Assembly: GCA_963666975.2 (NCBI GenBank)
Contig: CAXVYR010000004.1
Coordinates: 576,001 to 640,000 of the forward strand
Direction: 5' to 3'
DNA from: Terriglobia bacterium
GTDB lineage: Bacteria; Acidobacteriota; Terriglobia; 2-12-FULL-54-10
Length of the DNA stretch: 64,000 nt
Numbering within the stretch: position 1 is the stretch's first letter; every line of letters starts with the position of its first letter. Positions 19,350 through 31,128 of the stretch are shown here, one piece after another. The translations under genes and the position numbers were made by a program. The notes under the pieces were generated by a model. The model saw only the letters and a program-made list of their open reading frames with translations, was not told the origin of the DNA and made no database searches.

Positions 19350-21176
19350 ATGACAATTGATCCTTTGCCGCCCAATCTACAGCGCACGCACGGCTGCGGC
19401 GAACTCCGCCCGGCACACGCCAACTCCCGGGCGGTGGTGATGGGATGGGTGGCTCGCCGCCGCGATTTCGGGAGCCTGAATTTTATCGACCTGCGGGACC
19501 GCACCGGCCTGCTGCAGGTGGTGTTCAATGAGGAAAAATTCCCCAAGATACACCTGAAAGCCCAGGAACTGCGTTCGGAATGCGTAATCGCCGTTGAGGG
19601 AGAAATTGTGAAGCGCGACCCGGAAACTTTCAACCCGGCCCTGGCCACCGGCGAGGTGGAGATGGCAGCGAACCAGCTGTATATTCTGAACGACTCGCGC
19701 ACGCCGCCCTTTCCCATAGAGGACAACGTTCCTACGACGGAGGAGGTTCGGCTGCGCTACCGCTTTCTGGATCTTCGCAGGCCGCGCATGCAGGCCAACC
19801 TGCGATTGCGGCACAGCGTTACTTTTGAAATCCGCCAATTTCTGAGCGCGCAAGGATTTCTGGAAATGGAAACGCCCTTTCTGACGCGCTCCACTCCGGA
19901 AGGCGCACGCGATTACCTGGTGCCCAGCCGCGTTCAGCGCGGCAGCTTCTACGCCCTTCCGCAGTCTCCTCAGTTGTTCAAACAGCTCTTGATGGTTGGA
20001 GGTCTCGAAAAATATTTCCAGATTGTTCGCTGCTTCCGGGATGAGGACCTGCGGGCGGACCGCCAGCCGGAGTTCACGCAGGTGGACATCGAGATGTCGT
20101 TCGTTCATCCGGGGAATGTCATGGAAGTCACCGAGACGTTAATGGAGCGGGCCTGCGCGGCAGCCGGGGTCAAGATTCAACATCCCTTTCCGCGCCTTAC
20201 TTACGAGGAAGCCATTCGGCAATACGGAACCGACAAGCCTGATCTGCGGCTGCCGCCGCTTCATCCGGCCTGTCAACTATTCAGCGCGGAAGACCAGCAG
20301 TCGCTGGGAATCAACTCCAAAGCGCCCCTGGTCGCCTTTCGCGTGCCCGGCTGCGGGAACCTCTCCCGCAAGGAGCGGGACGGGTTGCGGGAATTTGCCG
20401 AAGAACGCGGCGTCAAACTATTCGATGATCTGGGACGTCTGGAAAGCAAACTTCCAGCTCCGGTAAAAGCCCTCCGCGAACAGACCGGCGCGGCGCCGGA
20501 GGACCTGGTTTTGCTGGTCGCGGCGGCAGCGGATTCCGAAGGCCGTTCCAATCCAGCGCCGCGAGGCAATCCTCCCTTCCAGCCTCTTGAGCTTGCCGTC
20601 TACAGCGCAGCCGGGGCGTTGCGGCTCCACGCCGGCCAGAAGTACGCCCAGAACCACGGACTGCTGCGGCCGGAGGATTATCGTTTTCTGTGGGTCACGG
20701 ATTTCCCCATGTTCGAATATGACGCGCAGGAAAAGCGGTTCACTGCCACGCATCATCCCTTCACTTCGCCCCATGAGGAATCGCTAGGGAAACTGGAGTC
20801 TGATCCATCCTCAGTCAAAGCCAGATCGTATGACCTGGTGCTCAACGGGCAGGAGATCGGCGGCGGTTCCATCCGCACCCACCGCCCGGATATTCAGCGC
20901 CGCGTTTTCCGGGCTCTGGGCTTTAGCGAAAAAGAGGCGCGCGCGCGCTTCGGCTTTTTCCTGAACGCGCTGGAGTATGGCACTCCTCCTCATGGAGGAA
21001 TCGCGCTCGGCTTGGACCGGATCGTTATGCTGCTGGCGAAAGAAAGTTCCATCCGGGAAGTGATTCCCTTCCCAAAAACGGCGCGGGCCGTAGATTTGAT
21101 GTGCGAGGCCCCGTCCCCTGTTTCTCCGGCCCAGCTGGACGAATTGGGGTTGGAGCAGAAAAAAGATTTGAGTTAA
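19350..21176 (+). CDS. aspS: Aspartate--tRNA ligase
   Basis: [50 protein letters not shown]. Confidence 0.98.
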   Translation: MTIDPLPPNLQRTHGCGELRPAHANSRAVVMGWVARRRDFGSLNFIDLRDRTGLLQVVFNEEKFPKIHLKAQELRSECVIAVEGEIVKRDPETFNPALATGEVEMAANQLYILNDSRTPPFPIEDNVPTTEEVRLRYRFLDLRRPRMQANLRLRHSVTFEIRQFLSAQGFLEMETPFLTRSTPEGARDYLVPSRVQRGSFYALPQSPQLFKQLLMVGGLEKYFQIVRCFRDEDLRADRQPEFTQVDIEMSFVHPGNVMEVTETLMERACAAAGVKIQHPFPRLTYEEAIRQYGTDKPDLRLPPLHPACQLFSAEDQQSLGINSKAPLVAFRVPGCGNLSRKERDGLREFAEERGVKLFDDLGRLESKLPAPVKALREQTGAAPEDLVLLVAAAADSEGRSNPAPRGNPPFQPLELAVYSAAGALRLHAGQKYAQNHGLLRPEDYRFLWVTDFPMFEYDAQEKRFTATHHPFTSPHEESLGKLESDPSSVKARSYDLVLNGQEIGGGSIRTHRPDIQRRVFRALGFSEKEARARFGFFLNALEYGTPPHGGIALGLDRIVMLLAKESSIREVIPFPKTARAVDLMCEAPSPVSPAQLDELGLEQKKDLS

Positions 21177-21180
21177 TCCA

Positions 21181-23103
21181 ATGGGTCGCATCCGGATTCT
21201 TCCTGAAACCGTCGCCAACAAAATTGCCGCCGGAGAGGTCGTGGAGCGGCCTGCTTCCGTGGTGAAGGAGTTGCTGGAAAACTCCCTCGACGCTGGAGCA
21301 TCGCATTTCCGGCTAGAGGTGGCAGCCGGCGGCAAGCAAAGGATCCACGTCGTGGACGACGGCTGCGGGATGGGGCGCGACGACGCGCTGCTGGCCTTCG
21401 AGCGTCACGCCACCAGCAAGCTGCGCAGCGCCGAGGATCTGCTCTCCATCGCCACCATGGGTTTTCGGGGAGAAGCATTGCCCTCGCTGGGCGCGGTCTC
21501 CCGGCTGACGCTGGAGACACGCAGCCAGCAGGAGCCCGCGGGCACGCGCCTGGAGATTGCGGGGGGCCGCCTGCTCAGCGTCCAAGATGCCGGGCTGCCC
21601 GCCGGCACCGCCATCACCGTCAGCGACCTTTTTTACAACATCCCTGCCCGCCGGAAGTTTCTCCGCTCGGAGGCGACGGAACTTTCCCACATCACCTCCG
21701 TGGTCACGCACTACTCCCTGGCCTATCCGGAAATCGCCTTCCAGTTGCGGACCCTTTCCGGCGAGCCCGTGAATGCTCCGGCGGTGGACAGCTTGCGGGA
21801 GCGGGTCTTTCAACTGTTCGGAGAAGAACTGCTGGAACGGTTGGTGCAGTTCGGCCCTAGTACGGCTGAAAGCTTCCTCCCCTCCCCGAACTCCGGGGAG
21901 GCGATAATCAAAAAACTGGAAAACAAGGAGCAGCCCTCCGATCTGCAGTCGATGCGGTTGTCCGGCTTTTTGTCGCGCCCGCAGGTCCAGAAGCTCAACC
22001 GGAACTCCATTTATACTTTTGTGAACCGGCGGCTGATCCGGGATCGCGTTCTGCTGCACGCCGTTCAGGAGGCCTATCACAACATCCTGCCTCGCCACTC
22101 GTTTCCTGTGGCGTTGCTGTTTTTAGAGATGCCCTACGAGGAAGTCGATGTAAATGTGCATCCCTCCAAAGTGGAGGTTCGGTTCCGGCATCAGGCGTTT
22201 GTTCACAATCTGGTTCGCGATGCGTTGCGCGAGTGCCTGACGGCTGCCAAGCCGGTCTCCACGTTCCCTGCCGGAGCCTCTCAGGCGCCCGAGCCTCCGA
22301 GTGGGCCGGTCCATTCGGAACCGGTTCGGGATGCAGCTGCTCCTGTTGCTGCGGCGGCGGGATTTCATCTCTCGCAACCGGAATTGCCGCCCCAAGCCCA
22401 GTCGTTTCGCTTCGAGCCAACGATTGCGGCGGAACCAAACATGGAAGGCTTGGCCGCAGCCGCTGTAGCCCCCATTCCGGAAAGCCCATCCGCCAACGCT
22501 CCACCGGCGGCCTCCGGCTCCGAGCTGGCGGAGCTTCGGCCCCTGGGCCAGATTCAGGAAAGTTTTATCGTAGCCGCCAGCTCCTCCGGGCTGTGGTTAA
22601 TCGATCAGCACGTAGCTCATGAGCGAGTCCTGTTTGAAAAATTTCTCTCCCAGCGGGAGAGCGGAACGGTGGAATGCCAAAGGCTCCTGATGCCCTATGT
22701 GTTGCGGCTCAATCCCGCCCAGAAGACGGTTTGGGACAGGATTCACCACGAACTGGAAGCTGCCGGGTTCGAGGTGGAGCCGTTTGGGCAAAATACGGTT
22801 GCGGTGAAAGCCGCTCCGGGCGGCGTGAAGGCCGACGACGTTGAAAAATTGCTTCTGGAGTTGGTAGAGTCTATCGAGGAAGAACGGCGCGCGTTTTCTC
22901 CCGAAGTAGTGCGGCACAAGATCGCGGCTTCGGTGGCATGCCATGCCGCCATTAAGGTCAATATGCCGCTCGATCAGCGTAAAATGGAGTGGCTGCTCTC
23001 GGAGCTTGCTTCCACGCAGTATCCGATGAGCTGTCCGCACGGGCGGCCCGTGGTGCTGAAATACGGGATGAGAGAAATCCTGAAAGCTTTCCACAGAATC
23101 TGA
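21181..23103 (+). CDS. mutL: DNA mismatch repair endonuclease MutL
   Basis: ANKIAAGEVVERP, GFRGEAL, DVNVHP, DQHVAHER, ACH, CPHGRP. Confidence 0.98.
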   Translation: MGRIRILPETVANKIAAGEVVERPASVVKELLENSLDAGASHFRLEVAAGGKQRIHVVDDGCGMGRDDALLAFERHATSKLRSAEDLLSIATMGFRGEALPSLGAVSRLTLETRSQQEPAGTRLEIAGGRLLSVQDAGLPAGTAITVSDLFYNIPARRKFLRSEATELSHITSVVTHYSLAYPEIAFQLRTLSGEPVNAPAVDSLRERVFQLFGEELLERLVQFGPSTAESFLPSPNSGEAIIKKLENKEQPSDLQSMRLSGFLSRPQVQKLNRNSIYTFVNRRLIRDRVLLHAVQEAYHNILPRHSFPVALLFLEMPYEEVDVNVHPSKVEVRFRHQAFVHNLVRDALRECLTAAKPVSTFPAGASQAPEPPSGPVHSEPVRDAAAPVAAAAGFHLSQPELPPQAQSFRFEPTIAAEPNMEGLAAAAVAPIPESPSANAPPAASGSELAELRPLGQIQESFIVAASSSGLWLIDQHVAHERVLFEKFLSQRESGTVECQRLLMPYVLRLNPAQKTVWDRIHHELEAAGFEVEPFGQNTVAVKAAPGGVKADDVEKLLLELVESIEEERRAFSPEVVRHKIAASVACHAAIKVNMPLDQRKMEWLLSELASTQYPMSCPHGRPVVLKYGMREILKAFHRI

Positions 23104-23140
23104 AGCGACCAGGCCGAATGCTTATAGGGAATACATTTTT

Positions 23141-23845
23141 TTGCCGAAACAATTGCTCATCGCCATTGACGGGCCGTCCGGCGCGGGAAAAAGCACGGTG
23201 GCGGCATTGCTAGCGGCCCGGCTCGGCTATACCGCCGTCGATTCGGGAGCCATGTACCGGGCGCTGGCGTTGCTGGCGCTGGAGGCGGGCATCGATCCCT
23301 CCGATGCCACAGCGCTCGAAAGGCTGGCCGCAAGCGCCGAAATGCGTTTTGAGAAAGGACCAAACGGAAGCCGTTTTCTGCTGAATGGCCGCGATGTTAC
23401 TGACGCCATCCGCTCCCCGGAGGTGACACGCGCCGCCTCCCAGGTTTCGGTCCATCCGCAAGTAAGAGAAAATCTGGTGGAGCGGCAGCGCGCGCTCGGG
23501 CGGCAGGGAGGCTTGGTCATGGAAGGGCGCGACATCGGCACGCAGGTCTTTCCCGAAGCGGACGTGAAGATATTCCTGGACGCCTCGCTGAATGTGCGCG
23601 GGGAGCGGCGCTTCCGAGAACGGCAAGCGCCGGGCGAGGGCACCTCCTGCGAAGTAATCCGGGAGATGGCCGAACGGGACCAGCGCGATCAGTTCCGGGA
23701 ACAATCGCCGCTGGTTCCCGCCGAGGATTCCGTGCGAATCGACTCGACTCAGCTTTCGGCTGAGGCAGTGGTAGCGAAAGTCCTGGAGTTGGTGCAAAGA
23801 AAAACGGCGGCGGCGGGTTCGTCCGGCAAGCAAACCCTTCACTAG
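23141..23845 (+). CDS. cmk: Cytidylate kinase
   Basis: IAIDGPSGAGKST, DSGAMYR, MEGRDIGT; TTG start. Confidence 0.97.
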   Translation: MPKQLLIAIDGPSGAGKSTVAALLAARLGYTAVDSGAMYRALALLALEAGIDPSDATALERLAASAEMRFEKGPNGSRFLLNGRDVTDAIRSPEVTRAASQVSVHPQVRENLVERQRALGRQGGLVMEGRDIGTQVFPEADVKIFLDASLNVRGERRFRERQAPGEGTSCEVIREMAERDQRDQFREQSPLVPAEDSVRIDSTQLSAEAVVAKVLELVQRKTAAAGSSGKQTLH

Positions 23846-23914
23846 GGAGAACACAGGGAAGAATCGCGAAGCAGCAAAGCATTTCTATCTAAATACAGAA
23901 AGGGAGTAAAAACA

Positions 23915-24049
23915 ATGGTCACAGCTTCTGCATCCGGTGACTGGAGCGCACGTCCTCTGGGCTCCGGTGCATTTATCATCTCCAAACCCAAACGCAATAA
24001 AGCAAAGAAGCGAGCGCATAAGATAAAAAACGTTCGACGAGCCCGGTAG
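23915..24049 (+). CDS. Putative small basic protein (44 aa)
   Basis: AGGGAG RBS 8 nt upstream of ATG; MVTASASGDWSARPLGSGAFIISKPKRNKAKKRAHKIKNVRRAR; below the ORF-track cutoff. Confidence 0.45.
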   Translation: MVTASASGDWSARPLGSGAFIISKPKRNKAKKRAHKIKNVRRAR

Positions 24050-24074
24050 CAGCAGGGCATAACGAATCTAAGAA

Positions 24075-24376
24075 ACCGGCCGGCAGCGCCGAATCCGGTG
24101 TGGAGTCTGGACTTTGTGTCGGATCAACTGGCGGACGGGCGACGGTTCCGTGCGCTCACGGTAATGGATGTGTACACGCGGGAGAGCTGGGCCATCGAGC
24201 CCGGGCAGAGTTTGAAGGGGGAAGATGTCGTGAGGGCGTTGCAGAGAATCCAAAGGGATCGGGGTGGGCCGAAGAGGCTATTATGCGACAATGGATCGGA
24301 GTTCTCGAGTCAGGTGCTGGACCTGTGGGCGTATCAGAATGGGGTGAAGATCGATTTCTCCCGGCCCGGCAAGCCG
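24075..24376 (+). mobile_element. IS3-family transposase (integrase core) fragment
   Basis: PNPVWSLDFVSDQLADGRRFRALTVMD ... CDNGSEF ... FSRPGKP, truncated at both ends. Confidence 0.9.
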
Positions 24377-24703
24377 ATCCGTGAACGGCGTTGTTTGATC
24401 CCCGCGACAGGTTTTTATGATTGGAGAAAGTAACCAAGCGGGAAGACGCCCTATCACATCCGGCGCAAGGATTCCCAACTGTTCGCGTTTGCTGGCCTCT
24501 ACGATATTTGGAAAGGCCCGGATGGGAGGGAAGCTGAAACCTTTGCCATCGTCACTACCACACCAAATGATCTTCTAGCTGAAATCCACAACAGAATGCT
24601 TGTGATCCTTCAACCGGGGCAAGAGCGACCTTGGCTCGAAATCCAGGCGGCTGAAATTGACCAGTTCTTGGATGCACTTCACCCGTTTCCAGCCGAAGAG
24701 CTA
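24377..24703 (+). pseudogene. SOS response-associated peptidase (SRAP/YedK-like) remnant
   Basis: RRCLIPATGFYDW, in-frame TAA at 24431, then LFAFAGLYDIW ... FAIVTT ... EIHNRMLVIL; N-terminal catalytic Cys region missing; C-terminus cut by IS630. Confidence 0.85.
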
Positions 24704-25452
24704 GACCATTTTTATAGATAGTGTCTAGCGATGTCTGGCGATACACTGCGAACAAGAATCGATGGCGAAGGCGTATTCGAACGATCTGCGGCGGAAGCTG
24801 CTGGAGGCGTACGATCGGGGGGGGGAGTCTTCGGGAAGTGGCGGAGCGGTTCGGGGTGAGTAGTCCGTATGCGTGGAAGATCCCGGCGCAGCGCAAGCCA
24901 ACGGGGCAGGTCGAGCGGGTGGAACAACGGCATGGGCCAGAGAGCAAAGTGACGGCTGGGGTGGAACAGCAGTTGAGGTTCTGGGTGCGGCAGCAACCCG
25001 AGTTGACGTTGGCGGAGTTACAGGAGCGACTCGGGGAAACGGTGCAGCTGCCGGTCAGCCTGGCACGGCTGTGGCAGGTGCTGCGGCTCAAAAAAAGTCG
25101 CTCCATGCCCAGGAACAGGAGACCCCGGAAAATCAACAGCGGCGCTATGGGCGGGCACCGTCTGGAGAGCGGGTACGGGAGGCGGCTCTCCGGCGGGGCA
25201 CTGGAGCACGCTCTGGTTGCTGGGAGCCCTGAGGAACCAAGGCCTGCTCGCCAGCATGACCATCGAGTCCCCGACCGACCGAGACGTTTTCCTGGCCTTT
25301 CGGGAGGAGGTCTTGTGTCCCCGCCTGCAGCCAGGGCAGATCGTGATCGCCGACAATCTGTCGGCCCACAAAGTGGACGGCGTTCGAGGGCGGATCGAAG
25401 CAGCCGGGGCTAGGTTGCTGTATCTGCCGCCTGACTCGCCCGACTTCCATCC
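24704..25452 (+). mobile_element. IS630-family element, degraded
   Basis: Starts after TA in CTAGACC; MAKAYSNDLRRK HTH from 24762, G9 frameshift, AAAAAAAG slippery site near 25090, DNLSAHK and YLPPDSPDFHP motifs; region of the first catalytic Asp deleted. Confidence 0.88.
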
Positions 25453-25603
25453 TGTGCCCCGTCAGGGCTTGTTGGACAGGTAGAGGGTAATAGTTAAGGT
25501 GATGTTTTTGGCTCATCGTAGAGACTGAAAGGAACGAAGATGAGACAAAAACATCACCTTAACTATTACCCTCTACCTGTCCAACAAGCCCTGACGGGGC
25601 ACA
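25453..25603. repeat. 65-bp inverted repeat (1 mismatch) around a 21-bp spacer; MITE-like
   Basis: 25453..25517 is the reverse complement of 25539..25603 except at one base. Confidence 0.93.
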
Positions 25604-25715
25604 CTCACACACCTTCATTATTATTAGTCGGCATTTATTTCCTAAAGTTGAGAGGAGGCTGGGTGGCAGCAAACCGGAAACCGGACCGCGTCCTCTGCCG
25701 ACAGCCAGCCGTTGG

Positions 25716-25744
25716 TTGACAATCCGATATTCGGTCGCTAGGAT
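25716..25744 (+). promoter_or_regulatory. Putative sigma70 promoter for the hypothetical-guaB unit
   Basis: TTGACA-N17-TAGGAT, 45 bp upstream of the TTG start. Confidence 0.6.
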
Positions 25745-25788
25745 GAATACATTCTTTTCCAGGTTCGTCCGCAGGGGGGAGTGAGCGA

Positions 25789-27120
25789 TTGACCACCGCA
25801 TCGGAATTTTCTCATCTTCACACCACCTTTATGTCCATTGTTCAAAGGGAATTGGGGCATCCTGCGCCTTTTCCGGAGCAGGTGCAGGAGGTTCTGAACA
25901 AGGCCGATTCCGCCTCCTCTTCCCAACCCGCGAGCGAACCGGCGCAGCAATGGCTCGCTCTGCTGGACATGGCGGTCCAGCCACAACCGCTGCGCGGTTA
26001 CCTGAAAGAGCATGACGTCGGTGAGCCGGCCCTGCAGGCGATGATCCGGTTCCTGGTTGCCAAAAAAAATCATTCACAGGCCGACCGCGACAAGGTGGAC
26101 TGGCTGGTGACCCACCTGTTCAAAGTGCGCGAGGAACAGAGCAATAACCTCACCGGCTGGGTCAAGTCCGCGATGGAGGATATCCTGAAAGGAATCGCCT
26201 TCTCGCCTTTGAGCGCAAATGCCCAGGCGGCGATGGCGGAGATCCCCGCCCTGCTGGACGAGGTGCGCTACTTTGAAAGTTTCAGCCAGATCACCGATTC
26301 CCGCATCATCCAGCGGGGCCGGGAGTTGAAGAATCAGTTTGGAGAGGAATTTTTTCACCCGGATGTATTGACCCCGATTGTCAATTACAACCTCTTGTTC
26401 GGGAAAATCTTTCACGCGATGCTGCAAGAGACCATGCAGAAGGTCCACGGTTTGGCTCGCGGCCAGCCGGACAGCAACACCCCCGACCCCGACGAATTGC
26501 TCCGCAGCGATTACCGCTCTACAGCCGACGCCTTCCGCCAGTTGACGGAACTGGGCCGGGAGCAGGAGTCGAAGAAAACGGCGGCGAATGCACGGGCCGA
26601 CTCGGCTCAGACGGATTCCGGCAAGTCTGCCGTCGAATGGGAACGCCAGATGAAGAATCTGGGCGTGGATCCCGCCATCCAGGCCGCGCACCTCAGAAAC
26701 CGGATGCAAGAGCTTACCGTGCGGCTTCGGGCCAAGCAAACCATCACCGCCCTCCCGATGTTTGGGAAGCCGCTGGCCCTCTACGACTGGGAATCGAGCG
26801 CCTTCCGGACCGAATATGCGGAATCGGAGCAGACGTTCCGTGTGGAATTCGCGCGCAGCCTGTGCCACGCCATCAGCATCATCTCGCGAATTCAGGAGGA
26901 ACTGAACTCTTACCGCGAGAAGAAAAATACGGAATACCTGTGGAAGAAACACTACGACTCGCTGCTCTACCTGCTGTACGAAGGACGGCAGCACAAGGAT
27001 ACGTTGGCGCGGCTTTCCTCCATCAGCCAGCAGAAAGGATTGCTGGAAAAATCCAAGCAGTTGCTCTTGACCGCCGAAAAACTGGAAACCACTTTGTCCG
27101 AGGTGGCGGACATCTTTTAG
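25789..27120 (+). CDS. Hypothetical alpha-helical protein (443 aa)
   Basis: Long ORF with GGGAG RBS, promoter and host-like codon usage; no recognised motif. Confidence 0.8.
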   Translation: MTTASEFSHLHTTFMSIVQRELGHPAPFPEQVQEVLNKADSASSSQPASEPAQQWLALLDMAVQPQPLRGYLKEHDVGEPALQAMIRFLVAKKNHSQADRDKVDWLVTHLFKVREEQSNNLTGWVKSAMEDILKGIAFSPLSANAQAAMAEIPALLDEVRYFESFSQITDSRIIQRGRELKNQFGEEFFHPDVLTPIVNYNLLFGKIFHAMLQETMQKVHGLARGQPDSNTPDPDELLRSDYRSTADAFRQLTELGREQESKKTAANARADSAQTDSGKSAVEWERQMKNLGVDPAIQAAHLRNRMQELTVRLRAKQTITALPMFGKPLALYDWESSAFRTEYAESEQTFRVEFARSLCHAISIISRIQEELNSYREKKNTEYLWKKHYDSLLYLLYEGRQHKDTLARLSSISQQKGLLEKSKQLLLTAEKLETTLSEVADIF

Positions 27121-27193
27121 GAGTTTGAGAGTGAAATTGCCGCCGTCCTCCAGCCCGATTACTATGGACTCACTCAGCGGGAATGAACAGCCC

Positions 27194-28657
27194 ATGCGAA
27201 GCATATCTTTTTTGGAAGGTTTGACGTTCGACGATCTCCTTCTGCTTCCGGGCCGGTCAGAGGTCCTGCCGACTGACGTCGACACCTATACCTCACTGAC
27301 CCGCAACATCCAGCTTAAAATCCCGATCATAAGCGCGGCGATGGACACCGTGACCGAATCCCGCCTGGCCATCGCCATCGCCCAGCAAGGCGGCCTCGGC
27401 TTCATCCACCGGAATATGTCCATCGAACAGCAGGTTCTGGAAGTGGACAAAGTGAAGCGCAGCGAAAGCGGGATGATTGTGGACCCGGTGACCATGTCTC
27501 CTGAGAACAAAATTGCGGAAGCTCTGGACGTCATGCGCCGTTATAAGATTTCCGGGGTTCCCGTCACAAAGAACCGGAAATTGGTGGGCATCCTGACCAA
27601 TCGCGATCTCCGGTTTGAGACACGGCTTGAGTTGCCCATCGACAGGGTGATGACCCGGGACAAGCTGTTTACGGCCCCCGTCGGAACGACCCTGGAAGAA
27701 GCCGAGAGGATGTTGCAAAAGCACAGGGTGGAAAAGCTTCCCATAGTGGATCAGGAGAACAACCTTTGCGGATTGATCACCGTGAAGGATATTCAGAAAA
27801 AACGCCGCTACCCCTTTGCCGCCAAGGACGAAAAAGGCCGCCTGCGCGCAGGCGCGGCCCTCGGAGCAACCGGGGATTTCCTGGAGCGCGCGCAGGAACT
27901 GGCGCGAGCCAAGGTGGATGTTTTGGCGGTGGACACGGCGCACGCCCATTCCGTCCGCGTCCTGGAAGCCGTTCGGGTTTTGCGGAAAGCGCTTCCGCAA
28001 GTGGACTTGGTGGCCGGAAACGTAGCCACCTTCGAGGGCGCTTGCGAGCTGGTCCGCCTGGATGTGGACGCCATCAAAGTGGGGATCGGGCCCGGCTCCA
28101 TCTGCACCACGCGCGTGGTGACCGGCGCTGGAGTTCCGCAGATTACCGCTATTATCGAATGCCGCCGGGCTTTGCGGGACACCGGAGTTCCGCTGATTGC
28201 CGATGGCGGCATCAAATACTCCGGCGACGTTACGAAGGCGCTCGCCACCGGCGCCAGCACAGTGATGCTCGGCAATCTGCTTGCCGGGTGCGACGAAAGC
28301 CCGGGCGAATTCGTGTTGTACCAGGGACGCACGTTCAAGGCATACCGCGGCATGGGTTCTATGGGGGCGATGGAGTCAGGCGGATCGGACCGCTACAGCC
28401 AGGAACATCAGGCCCGTCCCGACAAACTGATTCCGGAGGGAATTGAAGGAAGAGTTCCCTACAAAGGACCTCTGGAGGCGATGGTGCTGCAATTGGTAGG
28501 AGGCTTGAAATCCGGAATGGGTTATTGCGGCGCCGCCAATCTGGAAGAATTGCAATCCAAGGCCCGCTTTGTTCGCGTCTCTTCTGCCGGCCTGCGCGAA
28601 GGACACGTGCATGACGTAATCATCACGAAGGAAGCCCCCAACTATCGCGTTGAATAA
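27194..28657 (+). CDS. guaB: IMP dehydrogenase
   Basis: [17 protein letters not shown] pair, [22 protein letters not shown]; start could be up to 30 bp further upstream. Confidence 0.98.
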   Translation: MRSISFLEGLTFDDLLLLPGRSEVLPTDVDTYTSLTRNIQLKIPIISAAMDTVTESRLAIAIAQQGGLGFIHRNMSIEQQVLEVDKVKRSESGMIVDPVTMSPENKIAEALDVMRRYKISGVPVTKNRKLVGILTNRDLRFETRLELPIDRVMTRDKLFTAPVGTTLEEAERMLQKHRVEKLPIVDQENNLCGLITVKDIQKKRRYPFAAKDEKGRLRAGAALGATGDFLERAQELARAKVDVLAVDTAHAHSVRVLEAVRVLRKALPQVDLVAGNVATFEGACELVRLDVDAIKVGIGPGSICTTRVVTGAGVPQITAIIECRRALRDTGVPLIADGGIKYSGDVTKALATGASTVMLGNLLAGCDESPGEFVLYQGRTFKAYRGMGSMGAMESGGSDRYSQEHQARPDKLIPEGIEGRVPYKGPLEAMVLQLVGGLKSGMGYCGAANLEELQSKARFVRVSSAGLREGHVHDVIITKEAPNYRVE

Positions 28658-28783
28658 TCCCGCCAGACCTGCTGATACACTGAGGGTCTTCGCTCCTGCT
28701 GGGGAGAACTGCATCCAGAAGCAGCGAAATTCGGTGTTGAACCGTTGAACCGAGGGGAAGGGAGAGAGTCAGGCGGCCTACAA

Positions 28784-29188
28784 TCAGGCTTTTTCTTTCT
28801 TTTTCTTTTTCGCAGGAGCTTTTTCTTTGAGTTCGCTGCCGACCAGCTCCACCATCGCCATGTCGGCGCCGTCGCCGGCTCGCCAACCCACGCGGGTGAT
28901 CCGCACGTAACCGCCATTCTTCTGGGCGAAACGGGCCGAAAGACTGTCGAACAGTTTTTTCACAGCGGCCGGAGTGCTCAGGAAAGCAGCCGCTTGGCGG
29001 CGCGCATGGAGCGACTCTGCCTTCCCCAGCGTGATCATCTTTTCAGCAAGCGGCCGCAGCGCCTTGGCCTTGACCACCGTGGTCATAATGCGCTCCCGCT
29101 CCAGCAATGAAGTCACCAGATTGCGCAACAAAGCCTTGCGATGGCTCGTGTTCCTTCCCAGTTTCCATCCTGCTTTGAGGTGTCGCAT
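28784..29188 (-). CDS. rplQ: 50S ribosomal protein L17
   Basis: MRH...[22 protein letters not shown]. Confidence 0.98.
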   Translation of the reverse strand: MRHLKAGWKLGRNTSHRKALLRNLVTSLLERERIMTTVVKAKALRPLAEKMITLGKAESLHARRQAAAFLSTPAAVKKLFDSLSARFAQKNGGYVRITRVGWRAGDGADMAMVELVGSELKEKAPAKKKKKEKA

Positions 29189-29309
29189 CCTTAGCCCTTC
29201 CTGCTCGTTATCCTTGGCTGTCCTCTCACTCCCGCCAGCATCTTGTGCCCTTTACTGCGCTGCCAAACCGGCAGAAACCCTCCGGTGGTCCTGGCGGAGG
29301 CCGGCCTGC

Positions 29310-30308
29310 CTATTGATCGGAAACCGGCGAAGCCGGAATCAGGTATCCTTTTTCGTCCAATTTCATCCCCAACCCCAGACCCATTGTGGTGAGAATCTCC
29401 TTGATCTCGTTCAGCGATTTGCGGCCAAAATTTTTGGTGCGCAACATCTCCGATTCCGACTTCTGCACCAACTCCCCGATGGTCTGAATGCTGGCGTTCT
29501 TCAAACAGTTATAGGAGCGCACCGAAAGCTCCAGTTCTTCCACGGAACGGTTCAAGTTCTCATTGTGAATCTCAAAACTCTTCTCGGCAACTTCTTCGAA
29601 GGCTCCCGGCTTCTCTTCAAAGTTGATGAAGATCGCCATATGGTCCTTCATCAACTTAGCGCCCAGCCCAATGGCATCCTGCGGGGAAAGCGTCCCATTC
29701 GTCCAAACCTTTAGAATCAGCTTGTCGTAATCGGTCACCTGACCCAAACGGGCCGCCTCCACTTGGTAGTTGACCTTGCGCACCGGCGAATGAACCGAGT
29801 CGACGGGGATATAGCCAATCGCCAAGTCTTCATCAAAGTTCTTGTCCGCGCTGACGTAGCCCCGGCCATGCCGGAGGCGCATCTCCATTTGCAGCCGGCC
29901 GCCGTCGCCCACGGTTGCCAGATATACGTCCGGGTTCAGTATCTCCACGTCCCCGTCGGCCTGAATCTGAGAGGAGAGGATGGGGCCGGGCTTATCTCCG
30001 ACCAGCGTGATGGTCTTGGGGCCTTCCCCATTCAACCGGAACGGCACCTGTTTCAGGTTAAGAATAATATCGGTGGCGTCTTCCACCACTCCGGGAATCG
30101 ATGAAAACTCGTGCAGGACTCCCTCGATCTTGACGGCAGTGATCGCCGCGCCCTCAATCGACGACAACAACACGCGACGGAGAGCGTTTCCAACCGTGGT
30201 GCCGAAACCGCGCTCAAACGGCTGGGCGGAAAATTCGCCAAAATCGGCAGCCAAGGTTTCCAAACTGCAAGCCAAACGCTTTGGTTTCTGAAAACCCTTC
30301 CATAACAT
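29310..30308 (-). CDS. rpoA: RNA polymerase subunit alpha
   Basis: [39 protein letters not shown]. Confidence 0.99.
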   Translation of the reverse strand: MLWKGFQKPKRLACSLETLAADFGEFSAQPFERGFGTTVGNALRRVLLSSIEGAAITAVKIEGVLHEFSSIPGVVEDATDIILNLKQVPFRLNGEGPKTITLVGDKPGPILSSQIQADGDVEILNPDVYLATVGDGGRLQMEMRLRHGRGYVSADKNFDEDLAIGYIPVDSVHSPVRKVNYQVEAARLGQVTDYDKLILKVWTNGTLSPQDAIGLGAKLMKDHMAIFINFEEKPGAFEEVAEKSFEIHNENLNRSVEELELSVRSYNCLKNASIQTIGELVQKSESEMLRTKNFGRKSLNEIKEILTTMGLGLGMKLDEKGYLIPASPVSDQ

Positions 30309-30389
30309 CGCTTTCCTCCAAAATGACCGAGCATCTGTAGCGTCTGCGGCGGGACGTGCTGTCGCAGACGTACGGGGGGTGCCGATTCT

Positions 30390-31019
30390 CTATTTAGAAT
30401 AAAGTTCTACAATCATTTGTTCTTGGACCGGGAGCGCAATATCCTGCCGTTGCGGGAGCGCTAGTATCTTGGCCTTCAGGTTTTCCCGGTCTACGTCGAT
30501 CCATGCGGGGACGGATCGATGCGCCGTCGATTCGCGGCTGGCCAGCAGAGAGGGGTTCTCCCGGCTTCCCGAACGGACCTCCACCGTATCGCCCGGCTTC
30601 ACCAAATAAGAAGGGATCGTCACCTTTCGGCCGTTTACCTGGAGATGGCCGTGGCGCACGCTCTGCCGCGCTTGCGCCCGGGAAGTTGCCAGGCCCATCC
30701 GGTAGACGACGTTGTCCACTCTGCGCTCCAGAAATTGCAGCAGCAATTCCCCTGTGATTCCTTTGCGGACAGCCGCTTTTTCAAAGTAGCGGCGAAATTG
30801 CTTCTCGAGGACTCCGTAGATCCGCCGCACCTTCTGTTTTTCCCGGAGCTGCAAGCCGTAGCCGAGCATACGGGGCCGGCGGCGCTTTCCGTGCTGGCCC
30901 GGGGGAAAGTTGCGCCGGTCGATGGCGCACTTGTCCGTGTGACACCGCTCTCCCTTGAGAAACAACTTCTCGCCCTCGCGCCGACATAGCCGGCATACCG
31001 GACCTCGATATCTAGCCAA
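30390..31019 (-). CDS. rpsD: 30S ribosomal protein S4
   Basis: [33 protein letters not shown]. Confidence 0.98.
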   Translation of the reverse strand: MARYRGPVCRLCRREGEKLFLKGERCHTDKCAIDRRNFPPGQHGKRRRPRMLGYGLQLREKQKVRRIYGVLEKQFRRYFEKAAVRKGITGELLLQFLERRVDNVVYRMGLATSRAQARQSVRHGHLQVNGRKVTIPSYLVKPGDTVEVRSGSRENPSLLASRESTAHRSVPAWIDVDRENLKAKILALPQRQDIALPVQEQMIVELYSK

Positions 31020-31128
31020 TCTCCCTCCTCAATCTCCTCAATCGGTCAGCTTGAATCAAATCCAATCGCTCCAAGAAAATTCTTTCTCCGAAAGCAGGCG
31101 TGCCTGCCGCAAGAACAGTTCCGCCCTC

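Noticed and set aside
24098-24433. IS3-SRAP fusion ORF as a novel functional protein
   Set aside because: Both halves lack essential catalytic parts and SRAP has an internal stop
26074-27285. Long antisense ORFs (also 8047..9291, 43742..44908, 46037..47236 and others)
   Set aside because: They mirror well-supported genes on the opposite strand, as expected from high-GC codon bias, and show no motifs
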